From IMG/VR virus record IMGVR_UViG_3300018005_000018, positions 1 through 56,022 of that record: a DNA stretch of 56,022 nt. The stretch is one strand, 5' to 3'. Positions within the stretch are counted from its first letter, which is position 1; each line of letters opens with the position of its first letter. Source of the DNA: a virus. Lineage: Duplodnaviria > Caudoviricetes. Shown one piece after another: positions 18,714-28,120 of the stretch. The notes below the pieces were generated by a model. The model had not been told where the DNA came from, did not search any database, and saw only the letters and a program-made list of their open reading frames with translations. The position numbers were made by a program, and so were the translations under genes.

Positions 18714-20957
18714 ATTAATTCTTACAGAACTATAAGTCTTTTTTCTTAGATAATTATCGAGAGTATATTCCTGCTCATCAATCTCCTCTATATCCTCATA
18801 AGCACTTATTGTGCCAAGTAGTGCGTATCCTGCTGCTGTAAATAGGTCATAATTGGTCATGTCTTCCGGGCCGTCAATATCTCTACATTCCTCCAATATC
18901 TCTATATGGTTTTCCTCATCAGCCTCATTCTCGATGAAGGATTGCCACTCTGAAAAAATTTGCTGTTTGATCTTTTCTCCGGTCTGTTCTCCCGGTGTTT
19001 TGCTAAGAGTAAATGTCTTTGGATCGTACTTATAAAGCAAGTAATGTGTATAACCTCTTTTTTCAAAATGATCCCATAACAATGATACGTTTATTTCGGG
19101 GAATATTTTTACTCCATAATAAACGCACATCATAAGCATATCTTCAGCATAAGTGTCTTTGTCGGGAGGGCGAAAATTATATGTGCAGGCAAACTTACGC
19201 TTCATCGAAAAATTACCATCTTTGATCTTACCTTTCTTCACAACTGCACCACCACCATTCGATATCCTGTTCCCTTTTGTTTTATTAAACTTAAATGGAT
19301 CGCCTCCGGCACTTCCCCATTGCGTATTCCCTGGCTCCCAAAGATTATCGTCTTCATTGCGAAATTTCCTGTTATCCTCACCAGCATCAAGTTGATGACT
19401 GACCAAAAATTTACCATGCGTATTAGCCACAAAGATCACTCGCCCATCCCTGACATTATCAAACCACCGGAAGTCTCCGCGTACTATTGGTAGTTTTTTT
19501 ATAGCCAGTTCATCAATATATATTTCGAGTTTTGTTAAGTTGAATCCCGAATCTTTTGATGCGGTGCGAAAACACTCTGCAAACCTTATAGGATAAAGTC
19601 TTATTCTTGTAGATAGTTTTTCTGGGTTATTAAGAAGACTTTTTCGTTCATTCATTATGTATTCGTATGCGCCAATCTTGCTACCAATGAACTGTGCCTG
19701 TGCTTTAGTTGGTGTGTTAATAATACTCATACCATAGGGATCAATAAAACCAGCCAGTCCATCATAGGCAGGTATAAATAAATTCACAAGCCCTGTTTCC
19801 GTCTGTCCATTAAGATTTCTGTGGTAATAATTACTCATTAAACATTGACTCTTAAATGCCTTGCCTCCTCCCTTCTCCATCTCGCCTACCGTGGATGTTT
19901 TTATTGTAAATCCAATAATCTTTCTACCATCCATAAGACATTCTCTCACGACTGCGTGCCTAGCCTCACAGTTCAACCCTTTTTTGAGACGACCTACCTC
20001 ATCATCATGGTGAAAATAAAGTTTTGTCCCTTCATAAGCCGTTTCTTCGGATGTGCCAAAATCTATCCCTGATTCGAGTCCCAACTCCGACATTGCCCTT
20101 GAACCTCCTGAAGAAAGTCTTTTTGCTGGAGGAGAAAAGGATAACTCAGTCTTTGGTGATGTTGAGCCTTCATAGTTTGGTTTAAAAAAGAACGGCAGTT
20201 TTTTCCATGGGCTAACAACATGGCGCAAAAAACAAATTTTTGCCTTATCATCAGTCATGGATTGTATGCCACCTCTGGCGTTTATTGTCCGACTTATGAT
20301 CTCATAGTTGATACATGATGCTTTATATGTTGCACCTTCTCGTCTGTGCTTAGCATAGTTGAATCCTATCAAAACCCTTTCTCCTGTTTCTATCCATTCG
20401 TAATCTCCGATTTTGCTTTTTATTGCATAACTGGTTTCTGGGTCACACTTGGGATATTTTTTTTCGGTATAAGCTATTCTGGCAAAGAGGAAAAACCTTC
20501 TGTCCCTGTCTCTGTATTCCGGCAGTCCCGTATCAATGTGCCACCATCCACAATAGAAATAATGCCACCCGTCAATGTATGTAGGTACTCCATTATTCCA
20601 AAACCAATAGCCATTAAGCCTCCTGTCCCATTGCAAACGTATAAACTCAATCTCCTCGGCATAGATGTCCTTGTGTTCTTCCAGTTCATCCCATATCTCA
20701 TCCAGAGTCTCAAATTTGACCTGTAGTTCTTTTAAGCGTTTCGGTAGTTTTGGAGGATGCCACATCTGCTCCCGTGCAGGTAGTCCCCAATTATCAATCT
20801 TATGTGGCTCCGGTGGTAATGGCAGTATTATCTCTATTGGAATAAGGTCTTTATCATCCGTGTTTACCCAAACACTCTTTGGCGATTCCTCATACTGTGA
20901 AAGTATCTGGGCATCGACCTCTTTGTAATAGCGTTTAAGTAATTCGTAAGGTTTCAT
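18711..20957 (-). CDS. terL: Terminase large subunit
   Basis: AKHRREGAT (variant Walker A), HDDEVG (Walker B), STV, GGDPF nuclease Asp, PEIN, C-terminal DLFTA. Confidence 0.9.
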   Translation of the reverse strand: MKPYELLKRYYKEVDAQILSQYEESPKSVWVNTDDKDLIPIEIILPLPPEPHKIDNWGLPAREQMWHPPKLPKRLKELQVKFETLDEIWDELEEHKDIYAEEIEFIRLQWDRRLNGYWFWNNGVPTYIDGWHYFYCGWWHIDTGLPEYRDRDRRFFLFARIAYTEKKYPKCDPETSYAIKSKIGDYEWIETGERVLIGFNYAKHRREGATYKASCINYEIISRTINARGGIQSMTDDKAKICFLRHVVSPWKKLPFFFKPNYEGSTSPKTELSFSPPAKRLSSGGSRAMSELGLESGIDFGTSEETAYEGTKLYFHHDDEVGRLKKGLNCEARHAVVRECLMDGRKIIGFTIKTSTVGEMEKGGGKAFKSQCLMSNYYHRNLNGQTETGLVNLFIPAYDGLAGFIDPYGMSIINTPTKAQAQFIGSKIGAYEYIMNERKSLLNNPEKLSTRIRLYPIRFAECFRTASKDSGFNLTKLEIYIDELAIKKLPIVRGDFRWFDNVRDGRVIFVANTHGKFLVSHQLDAGEDNRKFRNEDDNLWEPGNTQWGSAGGDPFKFNKTKGNRISNGGGAVVKKGKIKDGNFSMKRKFACTYNFRPPDKDTYAEDMLMMCVYYGVKIFPEINVSLLWDHFEKRGYTHYLLYKYDPKTFTLSKTPGEQTGEKIKQQIFSEWQSFIENEADEENHIEILEECRDIDGPEDMTNYDLFTAAGYALLGTISAYEDIEEIDEQEYTLDNYLRKKTYSSVRIN

Positions 20958-20959
20958 AT

Positions 20960-21790
20960 TTAAACATCACAATAATCCGTGCAGTTTCCCCAAAGTGTTC
21001 CTTGATTTTCATTAAAATTCACCTCATCAAGAGGTAATAATGAATCATGTAAATATATCTTCGATGTGATTCCTTTCATACTTGAATCCCTAATTGCCTT
21101 ATCAACCTCAACGGCTTTCTCAAAATCAGAAGAAACAGTTGTTTTCAAACGAATCCAATTCTGATCTGACTGAAATGGACAAAAGACACATGAAGATTTC
21201 TCTGGGATTGGCAAATTATGTTCTTTATACCAATTTAAAACGTCATTTCGAGACATTATTTCTGAGTCAATCTTAATACATTTTCCATCAGGATAAACCT
21301 TATATCCACAAAACGGATAAACATTAATCTTCCATCCCTCTTGCGGTATGTTCATTCTGGTTGCTTCATCAACTGTTATGCCTTGATAAATTTCTATTTT
21401 AGGAAAGCGCGATTTTCCTTTTAAATCAAGTGTCTCGCGGATTTTTTTATTAACCTGCATAATCTTATATTCAGGTGTGCATTGCCTCCGTAACATACCT
21501 TTCTTGTTATCGTTTATTGTAAAGGCTGGAATGGGTGCAAATCTATTGCCTGATGAATTAGATTGATTCAATAAATCATTTTGAAGATTTTTATAACTGG
21601 CTTTATGTAAAGTAATACCATTATTTTCGGTCATCCATTCAATTAAATAATTATAATATTCAATGGTTTTTGTTTTCTCTCCACCTGTATCTGCAAATAT
21701 AGCATGATCGCATCTTTCTATTTCTCCCATTGAACTCATGTAATATAATGCAGAACTCTGCACCCCTACTCCTAAACTGATTATTTTCAT
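20960..21790 (-). CDS. PAPS-reductase-like (adenine-nucleotide alpha-hydrolase superfamily) protein
   Basis: ISLGVGVQSS, IFADTGGE, RQCT, KSSCVFCPF, terminal CxxxC. Confidence 0.8.
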   Translation of the reverse strand: MKIISLGVGVQSSALYYMSSMGEIERCDHAIFADTGGEKTKTIEYYNYLIEWMTENNGITLHKASYKNLQNDLLNQSNSSGNRFAPIPAFTINDNKKGMLRRQCTPEYKIMQVNKKIRETLDLKGKSRFPKIEIYQGITVDEATRMNIPQEGWKINVYPFCGYKVYPDGKCIKIDSEIMSRNDVLNWYKEHNLPIPEKSSCVFCPFQSDQNWIRLKTTVSSDFEKAVEVDKAIRDSSMKGITSKIYLHDSLLPLDEVNFNENQGTLWGNCTDYCDV

Positions 21791-21791
21791 A

Positions 21792-23084
21792 TCAATTATG
21801 CACAAAGAGTGCCTTGTTTATCCCAACAACTCTTAATCCTCTCCTACTACATTCCGCAGCACATTCCTCGGCAAAGGCTCCATCTGCCTGTTCATGTTCG
21901 TGGTTGAATCCCACTGCCTTTGCCACATCCATCCTTGTGATGAATGAACCCATGTCAATGTAGCATACCTGTACTCTTGTCTGAAGTATATCATATCCCA
22001 TGTAGGAATGAATGGTATTACAATAGACCATACCTACATCTGGCTGACAGCTATTTATAAAAAACTCCACAAATGGTTGTATATACTCGTTATCGTCATT
22101 TGTAATCAATATAAAATCAGTTGGCTCTCCCTGTACCTCCTGTACCATCATCTTACGGTTTGGGAATCCCCATTTGCCATTTACTTGCGGAGTTGATCTG
22201 AAGTTTAGTCGTGCATCATTGAATGACTTTGCAAGAAAGGCTGTAAGTTCTATTGGTGCCGGACCATCGTGAACAATGTTCATAGTCCAGTTTGGGTTTG
22301 TCTGACAAAGAAAATCCCAGATAAGCCTTGCGAGTTGTTGTGATCTTTGATACACTGTTACAATAACATGAATCTTCATATTGCGGTTTCTTTCGTAGTT
22401 ACTTCGTGGATAGGTTACATCGAAATGCCCTTTTCCTTCGGTCAATAGCTTTCTAATGTTCAATCCCGAGTTATGAAACTCGAATGCCCTGACGTTTGTA
22501 TTAGAGCCAACCCAGAACTCCCTGTGATACCTCCAATCTGACTCCAGATAACCATGATTAAGTGTTTGCAGGTATCTTGTCTTTGCCCACCAGAAGTTGC
22601 CAGAGAAGTGAGGAAAATAGCCTATTGGCGTGTCTTGGTTCCAGAGGATGCCACAACAGTCATATCCGAGATCGAGTTTAGTCACACAATCTCTCCAGTT
22701 CTCAATATTAAAATATTCCATGTACCTGCGCCAGTCTTCGGTAGCCGGTGTACATTTAGTCACGCTTTTTGTATGGAAGTAGAACACATAATCATCGGGA
22801 TTAACCATGGAATAGTCTCTTACCCATTTCAGGGTGTTAGCCTCTTCGTTATTGTTTGGATGAACAACAATCTCAACCTTGTCTGAATCTTTCCATATAC
22901 CCTTTACCCATTCAATACCGTTCTCCGGTGATTTGCCCGGGTGATCGGTGATACCAATGTACAACTTACTGCAAGCATTAAATAATCCGAATTTGATAAG
23001 ACTGTCAAACTGACTAAGCATCATGGTCTGGTAATATGGTCCCGCCATAAATACATGATATGCTATGATAATTTTTTTTGTCAT
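21792..23084 (-). CDS. Two-domain glycosyltransferase: RgpF-like (HTK...GNFWW) domain plus GT2/GT-A domain
   Basis: YFHTKSVT...WRRY...HFSGNFWW; then IHVIVTVYQR...VHDG...TNDDN...IDMG. Confidence 0.75.
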   Translation of the reverse strand: MTKKIIIAYHVFMAGPYYQTMMLSQFDSLIKFGLFNACSKLYIGITDHPGKSPENGIEWVKGIWKDSDKVEIVVHPNNNEEANTLKWVRDYSMVNPDDYVFYFHTKSVTKCTPATEDWRRYMEYFNIENWRDCVTKLDLGYDCCGILWNQDTPIGYFPHFSGNFWWAKTRYLQTLNHGYLESDWRYHREFWVGSNTNVRAFEFHNSGLNIRKLLTEGKGHFDVTYPRSNYERNRNMKIHVIVTVYQRSQQLARLIWDFLCQTNPNWTMNIVHDGPAPIELTAFLAKSFNDARLNFRSTPQVNGKWGFPNRKMMVQEVQGEPTDFILITNDDNEYIQPFVEFFINSCQPDVGMVYCNTIHSYMGYDILQTRVQVCYIDMGSFITRMDVAKAVGFNHEHEQADGAFAEECAAECSRRGLRVVGINKALFVHN

Positions 23085-23818
23085 TTCTTTGCTACGAATA
23101 ATAGACAATCTCCGTGTGGTGTAGGCTCAACCATTTTTGTCATTATGCTTTTAAACCCGGCATCGAGAAAGCATCGCATCATCTCCTGTGGATACATCCA
23201 AAATGCTGTTTCGTTTAGACTTGCGCAATATTCTTCGAGGGTGTTTCTCAAATTTCCCCAGAACATCACCTTGCCTAAATATGTCTGTCCCATTGCCTCT
23301 ATATGACTTTCCTCCTTACATGGGTATTCAGCACTAGCTACCTGCGACCATACAAATACCATGTCTGTAATTTTTGCCATGTCGTAGATTAGTTGTGCGG
23401 GGTTTGTCTGATGATACAAAACTCCAAGTGCAGTCACCACATCAAATTTATCTCCCTTGTAGTTTGCTACATAGTTACAGAAGTCTCCAAATACAAACTT
23501 AGCTTTCATTAGTTGAAATGCCTCTTTGACTATCAGACATCGCATAAAACAATCGGAAAGTCCCTCTATACTTATGACCTCCTTTGCACCACGATCTACC
23601 ATCATTTTAGTATGTGCTCCCTCTAATGGCCCTAATTCAAGTATGTATTTCCCTTTTACATCGCCAACTGTCTCTATAAGCCATGTCAGATATGGACTCG
23701 TCTGCCACATCGCTGTGCCTCCGACCAACTTACCATTTATCTCAAACTGAGTAGTCCATCCTTTCATAATGGCAAACATAGATTCAGGAGAACAGTCTGT
23801 GCCAATTATTGTATTCAT
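23081..23818 (-). CDS. Class I SAM-dependent methyltransferase
   Basis: ILELGPLEG motif I, FDVVTALGVLYH. Confidence 0.85.
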   Translation of the reverse strand: MNTIIGTDCSPESMFAIMKGWTTQFEINGKLVGGTAMWQTSPYLTWLIETVGDVKGKYILELGPLEGAHTKMMVDRGAKEVISIEGLSDCFMRCLIVKEAFQLMKAKFVFGDFCNYVANYKGDKFDVVTALGVLYHQTNPAQLIYDMAKITDMVFVWSQVASAEYPCKEESHIEAMGQTYLGKVMFWGNLRNTLEEYCASLNETAFWMYPQEMMRCFLDAGFKSIMTKMVEPTPHGDCLLFVAKK

Positions 23819-24330
23819 AGTATTCTACTTATAACATTGAGGTTTGCAAACTCCCCAAATAATTCTTTTGCTGCGTTATTATAAGCAATTGCAGCAAGTT
23901 CTTCAGTTGCAAATGAACCCAATCCTTTGCGTTTTTTATCTATATTTATATAAGCAGTTATTGTCTTATATTTCTTTTGCTTATCATTCTTGCCTCTTAC
24001 AAAACTGACGCAAACTCCCTTAAATCTTGACTTACCCCAAGAAGTTTTATTTTGTTGATTTTGAGAATTTGTGCATAATCTTATATTATATTTTTGATTA
24101 TTCAACCCATTATGATCTTCATGATCAACCTGTACTCCTTGTGTAGCATTAAGTATTTCCCTGTGCATTTGAATATTTGGTCTCTGTTTGCCATTTAAAC
24201 GCCCATTATATCTTGTTGCATAATAAGTATTTCTATGTTTTCTGGCGAACCATTTCCATTGCATGAGGAAATCATAATTATCATCATCTACTAATGCGAT
24301 CTTACCTTGTGTTAAATGAATTTCTTTCAT
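23815..24330 (-). CDS. HNH-AP2 homing endonuclease
   Basis: MKEIHLTQGKIALVDD, MHREIL, VDHEDHNGLNNQKYNIR, FKGV...LGSF...AAIAYN; ATG 24330 preferred. Confidence 0.9.
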   Translation of the reverse strand: MKEIHLTQGKIALVDDDNYDFLMQWKWFARKHRNTYYATRYNGRLNGKQRPNIQMHREILNATQGVQVDHEDHNGLNNQKYNIRLCTNSQNQQNKTSWGKSRFKGVCVSFVRGKNDKQKKYKTITAYINIDKKRKGLGSFATEELAAIAYNNAAKELFGEFANLNVISRIL

Positions 24331-24432
24331 TGTACCAATATTTAAAAGAATGTACCAAAAAATGTAGTGAGAAAGAGTTGGTACTTCTCCTTTCATCGGG
24401 CAATTACCCCCGACTATCTCACCACAAAGATA
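24331..24432 (-). promoter_or_regulatory. Promoter plus structured RNA leader of the HNH-AP2 gene
   Basis: TATCTTTG (24425-24432); GTGGTGA/TCACTAC, TCGGG/CCCGA and GAAAGGAG/CTCTTTC stems; loop GTACCAA complementary to two downstream TTGGTAC. Confidence 0.55.
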
Positions 24433-24443
24433 TAAATTATTTT

Positions 24444-25655
24444 TCATTTACCTATAACGGATATATTCGGAAACATCACAATAAACTTACCAGAATACTG
24501 CCCTTTTAAAGAATCAATAATGTAGTCTTTGAAATTATGTGCGAGAATAAGTATATAATCGGGCTGAAAGGCTTTTAATGATTCCCGACTGATAACTTCA
24601 ATACCTGTTCCTGGCACGAACTTGCCCTGTTTGAACGGAGTGTCATCAATGATGAAGGGGATCATATCATCATTTATCCCACAGCTATTAAGAAACACAC
24701 ATCCTTTCGCTGCAGCACCAAAACAAACAATCGTCTTATTTATTGCCAAAAGATCATAAATGAATTTACGAAATGTCTCTATTTTCTCGTGTGTTCTCTT
24801 TCCCCATTTGACACAATATTCCTCGGTAATAGTTTTTTCCAGATTAAGGAATGACAATATTGTGCTATCAGGATATCTGTATGATGATTCTTTTACACTA
24901 AGCACACGTAATGTCCCTGCGTGCATATCGTGATATGATACATTAACAACCCTTAATCCTTCCTGTGCCAATAGATCAACAATATTTTTCAAGCAATAAT
25001 AATACACATGTTCATGATAAATCTGGTCATAGTTATCATTTGCAAGCGTTGTGAGGATATATGGAAATTCCAGACACCATACACCCTCATTTGATAAATT
25101 CCTCTCTACACCTCTCACAAATGAACGAATATCGACAGTATGCTGAAACACGTTTGTTGATGTTATTAGTTTTGCTTTATATGGTAATCTTGTTTGCGAA
25201 TCAAAATAAATATTCAGATATTCGATGCCATTCTCTTTGTTAATATCAATAAAACTTTTGCTACAATCCACGTTCACATAATGCAGATTACAGTTCTCTT
25301 TGCGGAACTCCATAAGGAGACTACCGTCATTGCCTCCTATGTCCACCACCAAATCTTTATCTTTGAAGTTCACATGACGGGATAAGTAGTCATACATTTT
25401 TGCACAATGATCAAGATAGGGTTTGTTAACTCCCGACTTATAGAGATAGTTTAGAAACATATCATCTTTATTGACAACATCAGTCAAACATATTAACCGG
25501 CTCTCATGGAAGAATTGTATTGCCAATGGGAATCTCTGACAAGCCAATGATTCTTTTTTTGTATCACAGAAATTATTCACCAATGGTACAGTCCCAAGAT
25601 TAAGAAATTCTACTCGTTTTATACTACCGGATATGGGACATGAATCAATCTTCAT
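24444..25655 (-). CDS. NDP-hexose C-methyltransferase (NovU/TcaB9-like)
   Basis: LGTVPLVN, VDIGGNDG, TNVFQH, YHEH, FGAAAKG, KQGKFVPGTGI motifs. Confidence 0.9.
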   Translation of the reverse strand: MKIDSCPISGSIKRVEFLNLGTVPLVNNFCDTKKESLACQRFPLAIQFFHESRLICLTDVVNKDDMFLNYLYKSGVNKPYLDHCAKMYDYLSRHVNFKDKDLVVDIGGNDGSLLMEFRKENCNLHYVNVDCSKSFIDINKENGIEYLNIYFDSQTRLPYKAKLITSTNVFQHTVDIRSFVRGVERNLSNEGVWCLEFPYILTTLANDNYDQIYHEHVYYYCLKNIVDLLAQEGLRVVNVSYHDMHAGTLRVLSVKESSYRYPDSTILSFLNLEKTITEEYCVKWGKRTHEKIETFRKFIYDLLAINKTIVCFGAAAKGCVFLNSCGINDDMIPFIIDDTPFKQGKFVPGTGIEVISRESLKAFQPDYILILAHNFKDYIIDSLKGQYSGKFIVMFPNISVIGK

Positions 25656-26554
25656 TTCAAATAATCTTTATAATCAGTTTCAATATAATCCCTAAGTGCG
25701 TCTTTCCATGGTCGCATAATATTAAGTCCACGCAAATCGAGTTTTTTATTAACAAGATTTTCAAATACCGGACGGATAGATGTGTATTGCTCTGCAAAAT
25801 ATTCCGAGTCCACAATGTTTATCTTGACACTTTTTTCCAGATGTAATATCTTCAATATTTCCCATGTTATGTCGAGTCTTGATGTCACACCCTTGCAAAC
25901 CATGTTGTAAAGACCATACATACCCGTTTCAATAAGGAGACTCACATTCATGGCAAAATCTTTTGTGTATGTCATAGTGCCTCCCCTGTCATTCACAATA
26001 GTCAGTTCTTTTGCTCCGTTTTTTAGTTGTGACATGATCTTCTGTACAAACTTTTTATCTTTTGTCGGGCCACCCCCAACCATCCATCCGGCCCGACAAA
26101 CATAATATTTTCTAGCATATTCAATGACAAACCTCTCTCCTGCCCATTTTGACCTTGCATAGACATCAAGAGGATTAGGTATGTCCCAATCATCACAAAG
26201 TTCTTTTGTCCCATCAAAAATGCCTGCTGTACTGATATACAGGATTGGTATATTGAGTGCATTGGCAATACGAACAGCATCTTCCACAGCGAGTGTGTTT
26301 ACTAGATATGCCTCATCAGGATTGGCTTTACAGAACTCCAGATCGGTATATGCTCCGAGATGGAAAAGATAATCTGGTTCAAAATTAAAAACATCATTTC
26401 TATAAGCCTGCAGTCGGCGAAAATCCAAAAATCTTAACCATGGTTCATTAACATTCTTATCAGTGCATCGCAGATCATAATCGTTATTAAACCAATGATA
26501 GAATGCATCTCCAAGCATACCGCCACATCCACTAATGTAAATTTTTTTCTTCAT
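25652..26554 (-). CDS. rmlD: dTDP-4-dehydrorhamnose reductase-like SDR
   Basis: GCGGMLG, AYTDLEFC, YISTAGIFDG, YARSKWAGE (YxxxK). Confidence 0.85.
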   Translation of the reverse strand: MKKKIYISGCGGMLGDAFYHWFNNDYDLRCTDKNVNEPWLRFLDFRRLQAYRNDVFNFEPDYLFHLGAYTDLEFCKANPDEAYLVNTLAVEDAVRIANALNIPILYISTAGIFDGTKELCDDWDIPNPLDVYARSKWAGERFVIEYARKYYVCRAGWMVGGGPTKDKKFVQKIMSQLKNGAKELTIVNDRGGTMTYTKDFAMNVSLLIETGMYGLYNMVCKGVTSRLDITWEILKILHLEKSVKINIVDSEYFAEQYTSIRPVFENLVNKKLDLRGLNIMRPWKDALRDYIETDYKDYLK

Positions 26555-27180
26555 ACTTTCTTATATTTCATTATAAAAACATCCTGCCCAGGTTCGACAA
26601 ATTCTTCAGCATAAAAATTTCCTCTTGCTTTACAGATATACTGTTCTGCCTGAAATCTATCATGTAGTTCAAGCGTATCAATCTTCGGCAGTTTGTTAAT
26701 AAACTGTCTATTAAACCACCAAAAGTTACCGGAAAAATGATCCGGACTATACATACGGTTCACAGATGACACATCATAGCCACATGTACATACCCTGTCA
26801 CAATGTTCTACCCATCTGTTTAAAATTGCCTCATTGAGCCATTCACGCCAATTACTTATATTTGTTTCAAATGGTCGAGTAATTCCTTTTGTGTGAAAAT
26901 AAAAGCCAACATATTCCGAAGTGTCCTGTTCGATAAGTCTGAGTGTTAAGAACTCATATTCACCCGGATTACCCGATATAATACGAATCTTTAGTTTTGG
27001 GTAGAGATTAGAAAATAATCTTTTAAATTGTGCTATTTCTTCCGGCAGTCCTATGAGCCCGATGTTTATTTCCTCACAAGCATCATATAGTCCTGATGTT
27101 AGTAATATGCGCATCTGGTTGGCACATATTGAATGCCAGATAGTGTGTAGCCAGATGTGCCAGAATCCTTTAATATTCAT
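26551..27180 (-). CDS. RgpF-like putative glycosyltransferase, paralogue of the N-domain of 21792-23084
   Basis: YFHTKGIT...WREW...HFSGNFWW. Confidence 0.65.
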   Translation of the reverse strand: MNIKGFWHIWLHTIWHSICANQMRILLTSGLYDACEEINIGLIGLPEEIAQFKRLFSNLYPKLKIRIISGNPGEYEFLTLRLIEQDTSEYVGFYFHTKGITRPFETNISNWREWLNEAILNRWVEHCDRVCTCGYDVSSVNRMYSPDHFSGNFWWFNRQFINKLPKIDTLELHDRFQAEQYICKARGNFYAEEFVEPGQDVFIMKYKKV

Positions 27181-27482
27181 TTTACTAATTTAAATATATT
27201 ACCATGATAACCAATTTCTTTGCCATCAACATATACGAACCACCCTCCGGCAGCAATCGTTCCGGGTTCTACTTTGGTTATGATATGTTCTCCCCATCCT
27301 AAATATTCATCTGCAAGATATTTGATTGCCTCTCTGTTTTTGTCTTCACTTAATGCACAATTTGGATATTCTTTATTATATAAAAGTCTATTTTCTTCAG
27401 AATATTCCATCAGCCGAACTTTATCATTAATATTAAATATAGGTAATACTTCTTTTTTATGAAAAAATTGTAAAATATTCAT
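27177..27482 (-). CDS. Hypothetical protein
   Basis: 101-aa ORF with ATGA coupling on both sides. Confidence 0.6.
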   Translation of the reverse strand: MNILQFFHKKEVLPIFNINDKVRLMEYSEENRLLYNKEYPNCALSEDKNREAIKYLADEYLGWGEHIITKVEPGTIAAGGWFVYVDGKEIGYHGNIFKLVK

Positions 27483-28120
27483 CTTGTTTTTTTTATTGAT
27501 ATTGGTGATTTACCTTCTTGCATTGCCTTTGCTATGTCCTCGGGTCGTAATGCTAACCTCTCGTTTTCCATATACCTCAAAAGTTCATCTCTCAGATAGG
27601 GGTTGTTATCTTCATTGAGTATTTCCAGAAGCGTTTCTTCTAGTTCTGTCTGTGCGTTTCTTGCATCAGGAATTTTTCTTGTCTCCCCCCCAATTATCTG
27701 AAGCATCAAAGTATAATAACTCTCATCCATTGCCACAAGATATGCGTATTTATAGTTACGGTGCATTCTCACATAAGTACAAATCTTTTTATTTACCTTT
27801 TCATTTTTACCCCTTAGAAAATCCTCAATTGGCGGTGCAAAGTTTCCTCCCTCTGCCGTCTCAAAACCACAATCATGAGCTACCTCTATTTTCCTTTTCA
27901 GAACATCATTGTATTTTTTCCTATATGGAGATCCTTTGTCGTACATACAGAGGACATAAAGCATAACCTTATTATCGTCAATGTCTTCCCCTGCAGTTGC
28001 TTTAAACTCCCTTATCTTACCCAAATCTTTGTAAAATGACAATACCGATGTACCTTCCGGTATCTTATCAACATTGTACATCATTGACTGAAACTCCTTA
28101 CCGTGAAATTGGCTTTTCAT
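27479..28120 (-). CDS. Conserved protein, possible terminase small subunit-like
   Basis: YVLCMYDKGSPY motif, helical C-terminus; upstream of terL in the same gene run; assignment positional only. Confidence 0.35.
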   Translation of the reverse strand: MKSQFHGKEFQSMMYNVDKIPEGTSVLSFYKDLGKIREFKATAGEDIDDNKVMLYVLCMYDKGSPYRKKYNDVLKRKIEVAHDCGFETAEGGNFAPPIEDFLRGKNEKVNKKICTYVRMHRNYKYAYLVAMDESYYTLMLQIIGGETRKIPDARNAQTELEETLLEILNEDNNPYLRDELLRYMENERLALRPEDIAKAMQEGKSPISIKKTR

